This document shows positions 1-7,443 of a stretch of DNA of 13,442 nucleotides, piece by piece. The first letter of the stretch is position 1. Each line of letters opens with the position of its first letter. Origin of the DNA: a bacterium (GTDB lineage Bacteria; SAR324; NAC60-12); NCBI GenBank assembly GCA_965233585.1, contig CBDDTI010000576.1:1-13442 (forward strand). Reading direction: 5' to 3'. Both the position numbers and the translations under genes were made by a program. The notes below the pieces were generated by a model. It was not told where the DNA came from. It did no database searches and saw nothing but the letters and a program-made list of their open reading frames with translations.

Positions 1-2
1 AG

Positions 3-122
3 AAAAAAAGAATAATACTACAAAGGGGCGGAATTTTAGGAACTTTATCGGCAATTGCCAGCATTATCGTCCCTATTTTAGCTCAAATTATTGCAAAAAA
101 GAGCTTGCAACGTCGTCGTTAA
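3..122 (+). CDS. 3' end of small virion protein (adintovirus pX/'gasderminX'-like, putative membrane-active amphipathic peptide); 5'-partial
   Basis: Frame 3, not in the ORF track, reads KKRIILQRGGILGTLSAIASIIVPILAQIIAKKSLQRRR* (TAA 120-122). The basic-QxGG-hydrophobic helix pattern is typical of this Maverick gene. The next ATG follows 3 nt later. Confidence 0.8.
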   Translation, partial: KKRIILQRGGILGTLSAIASIIVPILAQIIAKKSLQRRR

Positions 123-125
123 AGG

Positions 126-971
126 ATGAGTTCAGGCGTGAAAAGAAAACCAAAGGATGAAATATACTCCATGTTTTTAGTCCCCAAAAGGCTATATCAT
201 TCTTTAATAAAAAATATAGAAGATAATGAAACAAAAAAAGAACTTATTTCTATGAATGAAAAACCAAATACGACCAATTACATTGAAAATGCCATTAATT
301 TTAAAAATTTACAAGACAGGCAAAAAATGAATCAAAGCGGTGATAAATTGTACCGTTTTGGTTCTGATAATATATCAAATGTTATGCCGCCAGTACAAGT
401 CGATAGCAGTACGGGTCGTACGTATCAATCTATTTCAAGATCAACAACCGCTCAAACTCCCCAACAAAAAGAAAATACCGCTCAGTTTTTGCCCACAACT
501 CCCGTTATGGAAAGGGAACCCGATCCAGACTTGTTTTATACCGCTTCAAGACCAAAAAGCAAGGACGATACTTCAACTCCTGACGTGCCAGAATGGCGAA
601 ATTCACCTGTTATAAAGGCATTGACACAAAAAAATTCAGACGGCAAAATAGTTTGTCCTTTTACCGCATGCGGGAAGCAGTATGTTGACGATGCACAATT
701 TGGCAAACACCTTGTAAGAGATCATATGAAAGAATTGTCCATATTTGACACAGAAAAAATTGGTAAAGATATAGCCTCAGTCTCTTCACAAGCATCAAAA
801 TCGCCTTCGGCTTCAATGTCATCCGTCAAAACAGGATCAGGAGGTGCAAAAAAGAAAACTTTTACTATTTCACCCGTACAAACTAGATCTAAATCAAAAA
901 AACTTTCAACAACTGATGCAGATGCTGTTAAAAAAAAATTACTTTTTTCGGGAAAATACCTGAAATTATAA
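126..971 (+). CDS. Maverick uncharacterised protein (281 aa) with one C2H2 zinc finger and a basic, Ser-rich C-terminus
   Basis: N-terminal MFLVPKRLYHSL resembles the 'MxLVP' start of the gene that commonly follows the pX-like gene in Mavericks. CPFTACGKQYVDDAQFGKHLVRDH (654-725) fits C-x4-C-x12-H-x4-H. Confidence 0.75.
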   Translation: MSSGVKRKPKDEIYSMFLVPKRLYHSLIKNIEDNETKKELISMNEKPNTTNYIENAINFKNLQDRQKMNQSGDKLYRFGSDNISNVMPPVQVDSSTGRTYQSISRSTTAQTPQQKENTAQFLPTTPVMEREPDPDLFYTASRPKSKDDTSTPDVPEWRNSPVIKALTQKNSDGKIVCPFTACGKQYVDDAQFGKHLVRDHMKELSIFDTEKIGKDIASVSSQASKSPSASMSSVKTGSGGAKKKTFTISPVQTRSKSKKLSTTDADAVKKKLLFSGKYLKL

Positions 972-988
972 TGAAAGTAAAATATATA

Positions 989-1470
989 TCATCGTTTATT
1001 TTCAAGTTTTTTTATAAAATGAGTTACAATTTCATCATTTTTTATTTTGGGTTTTTTTACAAAAATTTTAACAAATTGTTGAGGAGACATTAAATTGTTG
1101 CCCACGGATAAACAGAAAGCGGTCATGTACCAGCCGCAAAACAAAGAACGAAAATCCTGAACGGAATAAGACAGGATTGTTTTGAATGAGTTTTTTTCTA
1201 TCCAAGGCCGTAAGAACTTCATTAAACATTGATTCCATATCGGCGGTAAAAAACCGAATGAATCAAAATAATAGAGTTGATTTTTTCCGTTGATATACAT
1301 CGCTATGAAATGTGATCCTTTTTGATTTTTTTTGGATAAGTTGGTGATTAAGCAACAAGGCAACTCAAGCGAATCGGACGGCAAATTATCGCTTGAAAAA
1401 ACCCCGATGAAATATTTACATCTTGGTCGAATATAATTGGATAAAAAATATTTGATAATCCGTTTTCCAT
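989..1470 (-). pseudogene. Adenain-family (adenovirus-like) cysteine maturation protease, with a 1-nt frameshift near the 5' end
   Basis: Motifs FIGVFSSDNLP, GSHFIAM (His), YYFDSFG (Asp) and VQD..SLFCGWY (Gln/Cys). The main frame has no ATG upstream of these motifs before a stop at 1514-1516. The ATG at 1470-1468 (MENGLSNIF) joins it only if one T is added to the T6 run at 1448-1443. Confidence 0.88.
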
Positions 1471-1473
1471 AAT

Positions 1474-2817
1474 TTAATTTGTTCCTTTTATGACTTGTTG
1501 GAATTGATCTATTTTAATGCCGGAGTTAAAAACAGAAAAAGCCAGAACGTATATAGGATGAGGAGTTATTACGGAAAAAGCCAATTCTAAATCTAAATTT
1601 CCGTAATTTTCCGGATGTACGTGGAACGAATTACATTGATCCGGTGTTAAATCGGCCGCTAGAAAAAATCTTCCCTTTAAATATTGTTCATACGTTAAAC
1701 CAATGGATTGATTGCCGTGCGAAATGCCAATACTGTCGTATAAATGCCGATACAAGTCAATGGCGTCCCCCTCATTTATATTAGGTTGAAATGGTCTGGG
1801 AAATACGCATTGTCCGTTCTTTTTTAAATTAAAAGTAGACAGATTAAAATGTTGAAAATTGAAAGGGTTTTTGTCCGGGGCGTGTGACATGGCTTGATTG
1901 TGAACCATCACAAAAAACACTTGTTTCGGCAAAGTACCATTAGCGATATTGGCGATGTTAAAGGACGACACGCCTTGAGGAATAACATAATGTCTTAAAC
2001 GTGTGGCGCTAAAGGGCAGGTAGCACGGTTCTTTTAACAGTTTGTTTTTAAAACTTTCCCGTAGCAATAATGTGGGCAACACCTTTCTCATATGTAATTT
2101 GACATCTTTTAAAACAATTTTAAAAGGTTTTTCTGCCGCAGCATCTTGAAGCAAACCAAACTTTTCAGCGGATCTAACTAGCTTAATTTTGATGTCCACA
2201 TTCGGAGGTAAAAATCTGTCGGTGTCAAACAGATCAACGGCTAAGCGCGTATTAAAATACACTTTTTTACCATCCGTAATTAACTGCTTTCTTTTATTCA
2301 AAGACGGTGTGGCGGTTGTAACATTTATGGTATCAACTTCGTCAGCATTTTCGGGATAGTATCCTTCGGCAGCCAGATAAGTTTTTTTCACCTCCGAATT
2401 GTAACTTAGAAATGATTGTATGAACATTCTCCAAGGATAAGTGACCGCCGAACTTAAATCAGCTACTTGGACCCCGTTTAAATATACTTCTACTTGGCTG
2501 AATAAACAAGCGGCAAAATGATTAGCCAGTGTGACTTTAGTATCATTTTTTACCTGTTCACCATTGTCATTTGTCACTACAAAATAGCCGCTAAGTCTGG
2601 TTTGATTTAGTATAAAAGAGCATTCGTTATCGCGAGGAACAAGAAATTCGACCGGTCCGGTGTTGGTGATAGAAGCCACGCTATTGTAAATAACGTGAGC
2701 CCCGTCTAATAAACCTGTTTCTACTTCTAACGGTGAGTGAAGCGCTAAACCACTTTCAGTGCCGTCGTTTTGTTCAACGGCCAATCCGGCAATTCCGCTT
2801 TTTTCAGGTACGCCCAT
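1474..2817 (-). CDS. Double-jelly-roll major capsid protein (hexon-like), 447 aa
   Basis: Motifs typical of Maverick/adintovirus MCP: GPVEFLVP, NHFAACLFSQVEVYLNG, DRFLPPNVDIKIKLVRS, LPKQVFFVMV, NPFNFQHF, FFLAADLTPD, GNLDLELAF. ATG 2817 (MGVPEK) is preferred because the upstream extension to 3030 is antisense to the TBP gene. Confidence 0.92.
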   Translation of the reverse strand: MGVPEKSGIAGLAVEQNDGTESGLALHSPLEVETGLLDGAHVIYNSVASITNTGPVEFLVPRDNECSFILNQTRLSGYFVVTNDNGEQVKNDTKVTLANHFAACLFSQVEVYLNGVQVADLSSAVTYPWRMFIQSFLSYNSEVKKTYLAAEGYYPENADEVDTINVTTATPSLNKRKQLITDGKKVYFNTRLAVDLFDTDRFLPPNVDIKIKLVRSAEKFGLLQDAAAEKPFKIVLKDVKLHMRKVLPTLLLRESFKNKLLKEPCYLPFSATRLRHYVIPQGVSSFNIANIANGTLPKQVFFVMVHNQAMSHAPDKNPFNFQHFNLSTFNLKKNGQCVFPRPFQPNINEGDAIDLYRHLYDSIGISHGNQSIGLTYEQYLKGRFFLAADLTPDQCNSFHVHPENYGNLDLELAFSVITPHPIYVLAFSVFNSGIKIDQFQQVIKGTN

Positions 2818-2823
2818 AACAAG

Positions 2824-3366
2824 ATGGAAGTGCTGGTCAGCAATGTAAAAATTAGTTGTAAAGTTCATCTTATTAACAGCGACGAAATTTCTTTTAATAC
2901 CGATAATACAATAAAACGTTATAATAATTTTGTTGTAATAAGAAAAAAATATTCCTTTATTATATTTACCAAAACAAAACAAAATCGACATTTTCACGTA
3001 AACATTACAAAAATTCCCTCTACAGAACACATTGCGAAAGCATTAGACGAACTAAAACTTATTATAAATAGCGAATTTGTTGTTAAAATATTTAAAGTAG
3101 AAAACATGACTTGTTTGTATCAATCAAAAGAAGAGATCAAATTATTGAGATTTTACAACCATTTAAAATTGAATGAAGACTTTGAAATCATTCATAAGAG
3201 ATACGACCCAGAAAAATTCCCAGGCGTATTTTTAAAAATAAAAAAGTGTTCAGCTTTAATATTTTCGTCGGGAAAAATAGTTATAATTGGAGCCTCCAGC
3301 GAAGAAGATGCTAAACAAGGAATAAAAATTATTATTAAATTATTAAAAAAATATAAAATCGAATGA
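2824..3366 (+). CDS. Divergent TATA-binding protein (TBP)-like factor, 180 aa, core domain only
   Basis: C-terminal repeat FKVENMT...YDPEKFPGVFLKIKKCSALIFSSGKIVIIGASSEEDAKQG matches the TBP signature (YEPELFPGL...LIFxSGKxVxTGAK). The N-terminal repeat VSNVK...YNNFVVIR...IIF...VNITK is recognisable but diverged. Length from ATG 2824 equals a TBP core. AATAAA at 3407-3412. Confidence 0.92.
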   Translation: MEVLVSNVKISCKVHLINSDEISFNTDNTIKRYNNFVVIRKKYSFIIFTKTKQNRHFHVNITKIPSTEHIAKALDELKLIINSEFVVKIFKVENMTCLYQSKEEIKLLRFYNHLKLNEDFEIIHKRYDPEKFPGVFLKIKKCSALIFSSGKIVIIGASSEEDAKQGIKIIIKLLKKYKIE

Positions 3367-3422
3367 TGTGAATAATGTTTATTTAGTTGAGTTTTAATAT
3401 TTATACAATAAACATCAAAATT

Positions 3423-4181
3423 ATGCACGAGAAAGTAGATTATACTAAAATATGCAATCATGAATATCCAGTAGAAGACACCAGGCAAGGGGACGTGGTG
3501 TGTACCGAGTGTGGATTAGTTATTGATAAAATATATTGCTATAATTTAACAAAATCAAATTTGGAAACAGAATTGGACAAAATAAAAACATTTGATGAAG
3601 AAATTAAACAAAAAAACCGGCATTTAGAGAAAGAAAAAAATATTTTAAAAATTTTATGCAATAAATTACATTTAAATAATGATGTTACAAATGTTATTTT
3701 GAATCTATGGTCAGATATAGCAGCGTGGCATTATCGAAAAGGTGGAAAAATTAAAATAGATGCCAAAGGATTGGTGGTTATGACGTTGTATCAAGGGTTG
3801 ATAAAAGAAAAAATTCCCCGCCCGATAAGTCATTTGTGTCAAGAAGTCGGCGTTAATCCAAAGATAGTGTGGCGTTGGATGAAATTATACAGACGGGATT
3901 TGACTGACATGAATAAATTAGACAATTACATAAAAGCGAAAGATATGAAAGAATATTTTTTACAGCCGCTGCAGTTAAATTATCAAGAAATGACGTCCAT
4001 TGAACAAATATTAAAAAAAAATGAAAATAGTTCTTTTGCTCCAAGAACTTTATTAGCTGCATGCGCTTATGCCTTTTTAAAAGAATCCAAATTGCGATAT
4101 TTAAGCGTCAAAAATATGGCTCACATTTTAGGCGTCAGTGTTATGTCGTTGTACAGATGTCGTAAAAGTCTAAATCAATAA
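3423..4181 (+). CDS. TFIIB-like transcription initiation factor, 252 aa (zinc ribbon plus two cyclin-fold repeats)
   Basis: Zn ribbon CNHEYPVEDTRQGDVVCTECGLVID (cf. TFIIB CxxH...EDxxxGDxxCxxCGLV). Repeat 1: LCNKLHL...TLYQGLIKEKIPRPISHLCQEVGV. Repeat 2: APRTLLAACAY...SVKNMAHILGVSVMSLYR. First ATG is at 3423. Confidence 0.9.
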   Translation: MHEKVDYTKICNHEYPVEDTRQGDVVCTECGLVIDKIYCYNLTKSNLETELDKIKTFDEEIKQKNRHLEKEKNILKILCNKLHLNNDVTNVILNLWSDIAAWHYRKGGKIKIDAKGLVVMTLYQGLIKEKIPRPISHLCQEVGVNPKIVWRWMKLYRRDLTDMNKLDNYIKAKDMKEYFLQPLQLNYQEMTSIEQILKKNENSSFAPRTLLAACAYAFLKESKLRYLSVKNMAHILGVSVMSLYRCRKSLNQ

Positions 4182-4190
4182 TATACATAT

Positions 4191-4592
4191 ATGAATTACC
4201 ACAGCGGTTTACATTGGCAACGAGGTTCGGGAATTGGATCGCTTTTTTCCGGAATTTTTCGCGGATTAATGCCGGTAGCAAAATCGACGATAAAAACTAT
4301 TGGACGTGTAGCCAAAAGCGCCCCGATAAAATCTGTAGGAAAAGCTTTAAAAAAAGAAGCGACAAGAGCGGCTGTAGAAACGGCGATAGAAGCTTTGGAG
4401 GGTCAACCGGTGGGCAGAAAAGCAAAACAACGTTTAAAATCCGCTACACGAGGTATTTTGCTTAACGCTGCCCGACAAGCCGATAGCAACGACGACTATC
4501 GAACTCAAAATTCGAACAGAAAAAGGAAACCCTCGTCAATTACGCAATCTAGGAAAAAAAGGCGCAAAATATTGAAAGAACCTCTGTTTTAA
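4191..4592 (+). CDS. pVII-like basic virion core (DNA-condensing) protein
   Basis: N-terminal QRGSGIGSLFSGIFRGLMP motif typical of the Maverick/adintovirus core protein. Lys/Arg-rich with C-terminal RKRK and RKKRRK, ending in a terminal Phe. Confidence 0.88.
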   Translation: MNYHSGLHWQRGSGIGSLFSGIFRGLMPVAKSTIKTIGRVAKSAPIKSVGKALKKEATRAAVETAIEALEGQPVGRKAKQRLKSATRGILLNAARQADSNDDYRTQNSNRKRKPSSITQSRKKRRKILKEPLF

Positions 4593-5681
4593 ATGTCGAC
4601 AACGACAAAAGAGACTTTTTTAAAAGAATACGCGAAACCGGGTTCGCCAATAGCTTTTGCGTCTCCCGCCCTAATCTATCATTATTATGAGAAACAAATC
4701 CCTTTGACGTTAATCGAGGAGTGGCTAAAAGGAACAGACTCCTACACATTACACAAACAGCCTAAATTTCCCAGACCGAGAAATCCAACATTTGCTTATC
4801 GAAAACGGTATCAGTTTCAAATTGACCTTATAGATTTAGGAAATTTGGCTGAACAAAATGATTCTAATAGATACCTTTTGACAGCCATTGATATTTTTAC
4901 ACGATTTGCCTTTGTAGAACCACTAAAAAATAAAATGGCAAAAACATTTATGGAAGGCTTTGAATCTATTATGAAAAGAGCAAAACAATTTCCGCGTAGA
5001 ATTTTAGCCGATAAAGGAGCGGAAATTAAGAATAAATTGTTTCAAGCCTACTGCAAAAACAATAACATTCTTCTGTTACACAGCAATAATTTTGTGCACG
5101 CCCCCTTTGTGGAAAGATTTAACCGAACTTTAAAAAACCTATTGTTTAGATACATGACTCACGAAAATACCGATAGGTACATTGACGCGTTACCCTTTCT
5201 TGTCCATACCTACAACAATCGTAAACATCGCATGATCGGAATGTCACCCGCTGAAGCAGAACTCCCCGGAAGAACCTATCACATTAGAAGAAAACAAGAA
5301 TTGGTTTATTCAAAGATTAAAAGAACGAAACCAAAATACAAAATCGGTCAAACCGTGCGTATTAGTATTATGAAGGGAAAATTTGACAGAGGATTTACGC
5401 CGCAATTCAAAGAAGAAATTTTTAAAATAAAATCAATTTCTACACGTTTGCCAAAACCCACTTATGAGTTAGAGACTTTGGAACAGGATGAAACTTTGGA
5501 AGGAAATTTTTATGAAAGTGAACTTACACCAGTAGATGAGCCAGAAGTATTTGCCATCGAAAAGATTCTCCGGACCAAAAAAGATAAAAAAACCGGAGAA
5601 AAAATGGCTTTAATAAAATGGAAAGGGTATAAAAACCCTAGTTGGACATACGAAAAAGACATAGTCGATATGCCACAATAG
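4593..5681 (+). CDS. Retroviral-like (rve, DDE) integrase with C-terminal chromodomain, Maverick type
   Basis: FQIDLIDL (D), YLLTAIDIFTRF, ILADKGAE (D), VERFNRTLK (E), YNNRKHRMIGMSP, PKYKIGQTVRI, FYESEL, and chromodomain-like AIEKIL...LIKWKGY...SW. Intact 362-aa ORF whose ATG directly abuts the upstream TAA. Confidence 0.96.
   Translation: MSTTTKETFLKEYAKPGSPIAFASPALIYHYYEKQIPLTLIEEWLKGTDSYTLHKQPKFPRPRNPTFAYRKRYQFQIDLIDLGNLAEQNDSNRYLLTAIDIFTRFAFVEPLKNKMAKTFMEGFESIMKRAKQFPRRILADKGAEIKNKLFQAYCKNNNILLLHSNNFVHAPFVERFNRTLKNLLFRYMTHENTDRYIDALPFLVHTYNNRKHRMIGMSPAEAELPGRTYHIRRKQELVYSKIKRTKPKYKIGQTVRISIMKGKFDRGFTPQFKEEIFKIKSISTRLPKPTYELETLEQDETLEGNFYESELTPVDEPEVFAIEKILRTKKDKKTGEKMALIKWKGYKNPSWTYEKDIVDMPQ
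5628..5634 (+). promoter_or_regulatory. Candidate TATA box for the penton gene, inside the integrase coding sequence
   Basis: TATAAAA starts 60 nt upstream of ATG 5688, and the intergenic gap is only 6 nt. It could simply reflect the G-Y-K-N codons in AT-rich DNA. Confidence 0.3.
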
Positions 5682-5687
5682 CGCGGA

Positions 5688-7427
5688 ATGGATTATAACA
5701 TTTATTGCGTGTCAAACGCTAGTTCCGATACGGATGACAAAAATACTTTAAATTCTTTTACCAATTTATTTCCACAAAATTTAGACTTGAAAGATAGAGA
5801 ATGGGAAATTGGAATAGTGTCTATTGGATTACATTATAATTACAACCAATTAGCTTTGTCAAAAGGCCAACCTTGTTTTATCACGTTAAAAAACGAATTA
5901 ACATCTATAGACTCTTCGGAAGAAGACATAAGGTCCGAAATTTTAGACCAGACAAAATCCATTTGGGTTTTGCCTGATTTAGATGAAGATGTATTGACAG
6001 TGCATAGACTGATGCAAAACTTGATGCAATATATTTACAAGGAAGGAATGAGATTGTATAGTTTTAAACCCAAATCAGGGGGTAAAGATGAAAAAGCTTA
6101 CGTAATAGATGAAAATCCGAAAAAAGAAATGGAAAATGAAAATTACAATTATAATAGATATTTGTTGATACATAAACATTTAATAAAAATTTTAAGGTTA
6201 AAATATTACCAAAACGGCTTTGTGTCCTCCCAAGCAAAAACAATTAAGTTATTCGACAACGAATATGCATACTTTTCTGTAAAGAAAAATTTTGCGCTTC
6301 TAACTACAGCAATTAATGCGTATTCCGTTTTGAAGCCCGGTCTGGTTCAAATAAAATCAAATATTATTTCCGACGTTCCCAGCGGAAATAGTTATTCTAC
6401 AATTATGTTTACAACGACTTTGCCTAATCAAATGGAAGGTCATTATTTTTACCATAATGTAAAAAAAATCAGATATTATCAGGTGCGACAAACCAATATC
6501 GAAACGATAAACACACAATTTACAGATTCTTTTGGAAATCTTTTAAGTTTAAACGAAGGACAGCCGTCTATAGTGCATTTTCATTTAAAAGAAAAAGACA
6601 AAAATATGGATTACGAATTAACGCACGTACGAATTGATTCACAAGTAGATACCAAATTGAATTACGAAAATACAAATAGTAGCTTTTGGGTGCACTTAAA
6701 ACATCCAATAAGTTTGAATCAAAACGCAAAAATAGCCTTGATGGATATATCTTTTCCCAACACCATATGTAGCATTCCAGAATCAATTGGAAGGAATCCG
6801 TTTATCTTTAATGTGTTGATGAACCAAAACGAAACAAAAAGACACGTCGTGGAAATACCAAAACTTTATTTCTGCAACTCTGATGATCTAACAACATCAA
6901 TGAACCGTCTGTTATCTGAAGAACTAAAGGAAATTTTACATTTTGACAACTTTAACGGATTCTTTAGGATTGTGGCTAAAACAAATAAACCCTTTTCGAT
7001 AAGCATTCCCAAAAACTTTTGCCCGTTTTTAGGAATGTACGATTACACGGAGAAAGAACTTGCAAGAATTGAGGAACGAGGTGATTACGTCACGCTTGCA
7101 GTGACTAAGGAAAGATTTTTTGAAGCACCACAACCAATAGACGTTTACAAGTTATATCCCGGTGTTATGATATGTTATGCAAATTTTGTTCAACATTCCA
7201 TTATTGGAGACAAATTTTACCCAATATTTAGAGTTATACCAACAATCGGCCAATCCACACAAAATGATTACTGTTCTATCCATTTCGAACATTTAGAATT
7301 CATAAGATGCAATGTCGATTATTTAGACAACATGAAGATCGAGCTGAGGAGATTAGACGGGAATTTGATTGAATTTAACGACGATCGAAGAGTAATTTTA
7401 AACATTGTAATTAAAAATCCGATTTAA
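5688..7427 (+). CDS. Minor capsid protein (penton-like) with two tandem single-jelly-roll modules, 579 aa
   Basis: Module 1: SNAS...NTLNSFTNLFPQNLDL...WEIGIVSI ... IETINTQFTDSFGNLL...IVHFHLK. Module 2 from Met307 (6606): DS...NTNSSFWVHLKHPISL...KIALMDISFP ... ICYANFVQHSIIGD...LDNMKIELRRLDGNLIEF...ILNIVIK. Confidence 0.88.
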   Translation: MDYNIYCVSNASSDTDDKNTLNSFTNLFPQNLDLKDREWEIGIVSIGLHYNYNQLALSKGQPCFITLKNELTSIDSSEEDIRSEILDQTKSIWVLPDLDEDVLTVHRLMQNLMQYIYKEGMRLYSFKPKSGGKDEKAYVIDENPKKEMENENYNYNRYLLIHKHLIKILRLKYYQNGFVSSQAKTIKLFDNEYAYFSVKKNFALLTTAINAYSVLKPGLVQIKSNIISDVPSGNSYSTIMFTTTLPNQMEGHYFYHNVKKIRYYQVRQTNIETINTQFTDSFGNLLSLNEGQPSIVHFHLKEKDKNMDYELTHVRIDSQVDTKLNYENTNSSFWVHLKHPISLNQNAKIALMDISFPNTICSIPESIGRNPFIFNVLMNQNETKRHVVEIPKLYFCNSDDLTTSMNRLLSEELKEILHFDNFNGFFRIVAKTNKPFSISIPKNFCPFLGMYDYTEKELARIEERGDYVTLAVTKERFFEAPQPIDVYKLYPGVMICYANFVQHSIIGDKFYPIFRVIPTIGQSTQNDYCSIHFEHLEFIRCNVDYLDNMKIELRRLDGNLIEFNDDRRVILNIVIKNPI

Positions 7428-7429
7428 AT

Positions 7430-7443
7430 TTTATTTCAATAAA
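7430..7443. terminator. Back-to-back polyadenylation signals at a convergent gene junction
   Basis: AATAAA on + at 7438-7443, just after the penton stop. AATAAA on - at 7435-7430, immediately after the TGA of the 7436..7741 ORF. Confidence 0.55.

Noticed and set aside
1440..1452. Canonical programmed -1 ribosomal frameshift in the protease gene
   Set aside because: Codons read AAT ATT TTT TAT, which is not an X XXY YYZ heptamer in register, and I saw no obvious downstream structure. An indel or sequencing error is simpler.
2869..2873. Baculovirus-like ATAAG late promoter upstream of the capsid gene (minus strand)
   Set aside because: A single 5-mer in AT-rich DNA, not seen at comparable positions before the penton or pVII-like genes.
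2770..3030. ORF-track N-terminal extensions of the capsid (to 3030) and TBP (from 2770), and likewise TFIIB from 3387
   Set aside because: They use non-ATG starts, and the first two overlap each other antisense. Family similarity begins at ATG 2817, 2824 and 3423.
2824..4181. Ordinary host or archaeal TBP and TFIIB/TFB genes
   Set aside because: They are far too diverged from these highly conserved cellular proteins, intronless, and packed within a few bases of viral capsid and core genes.
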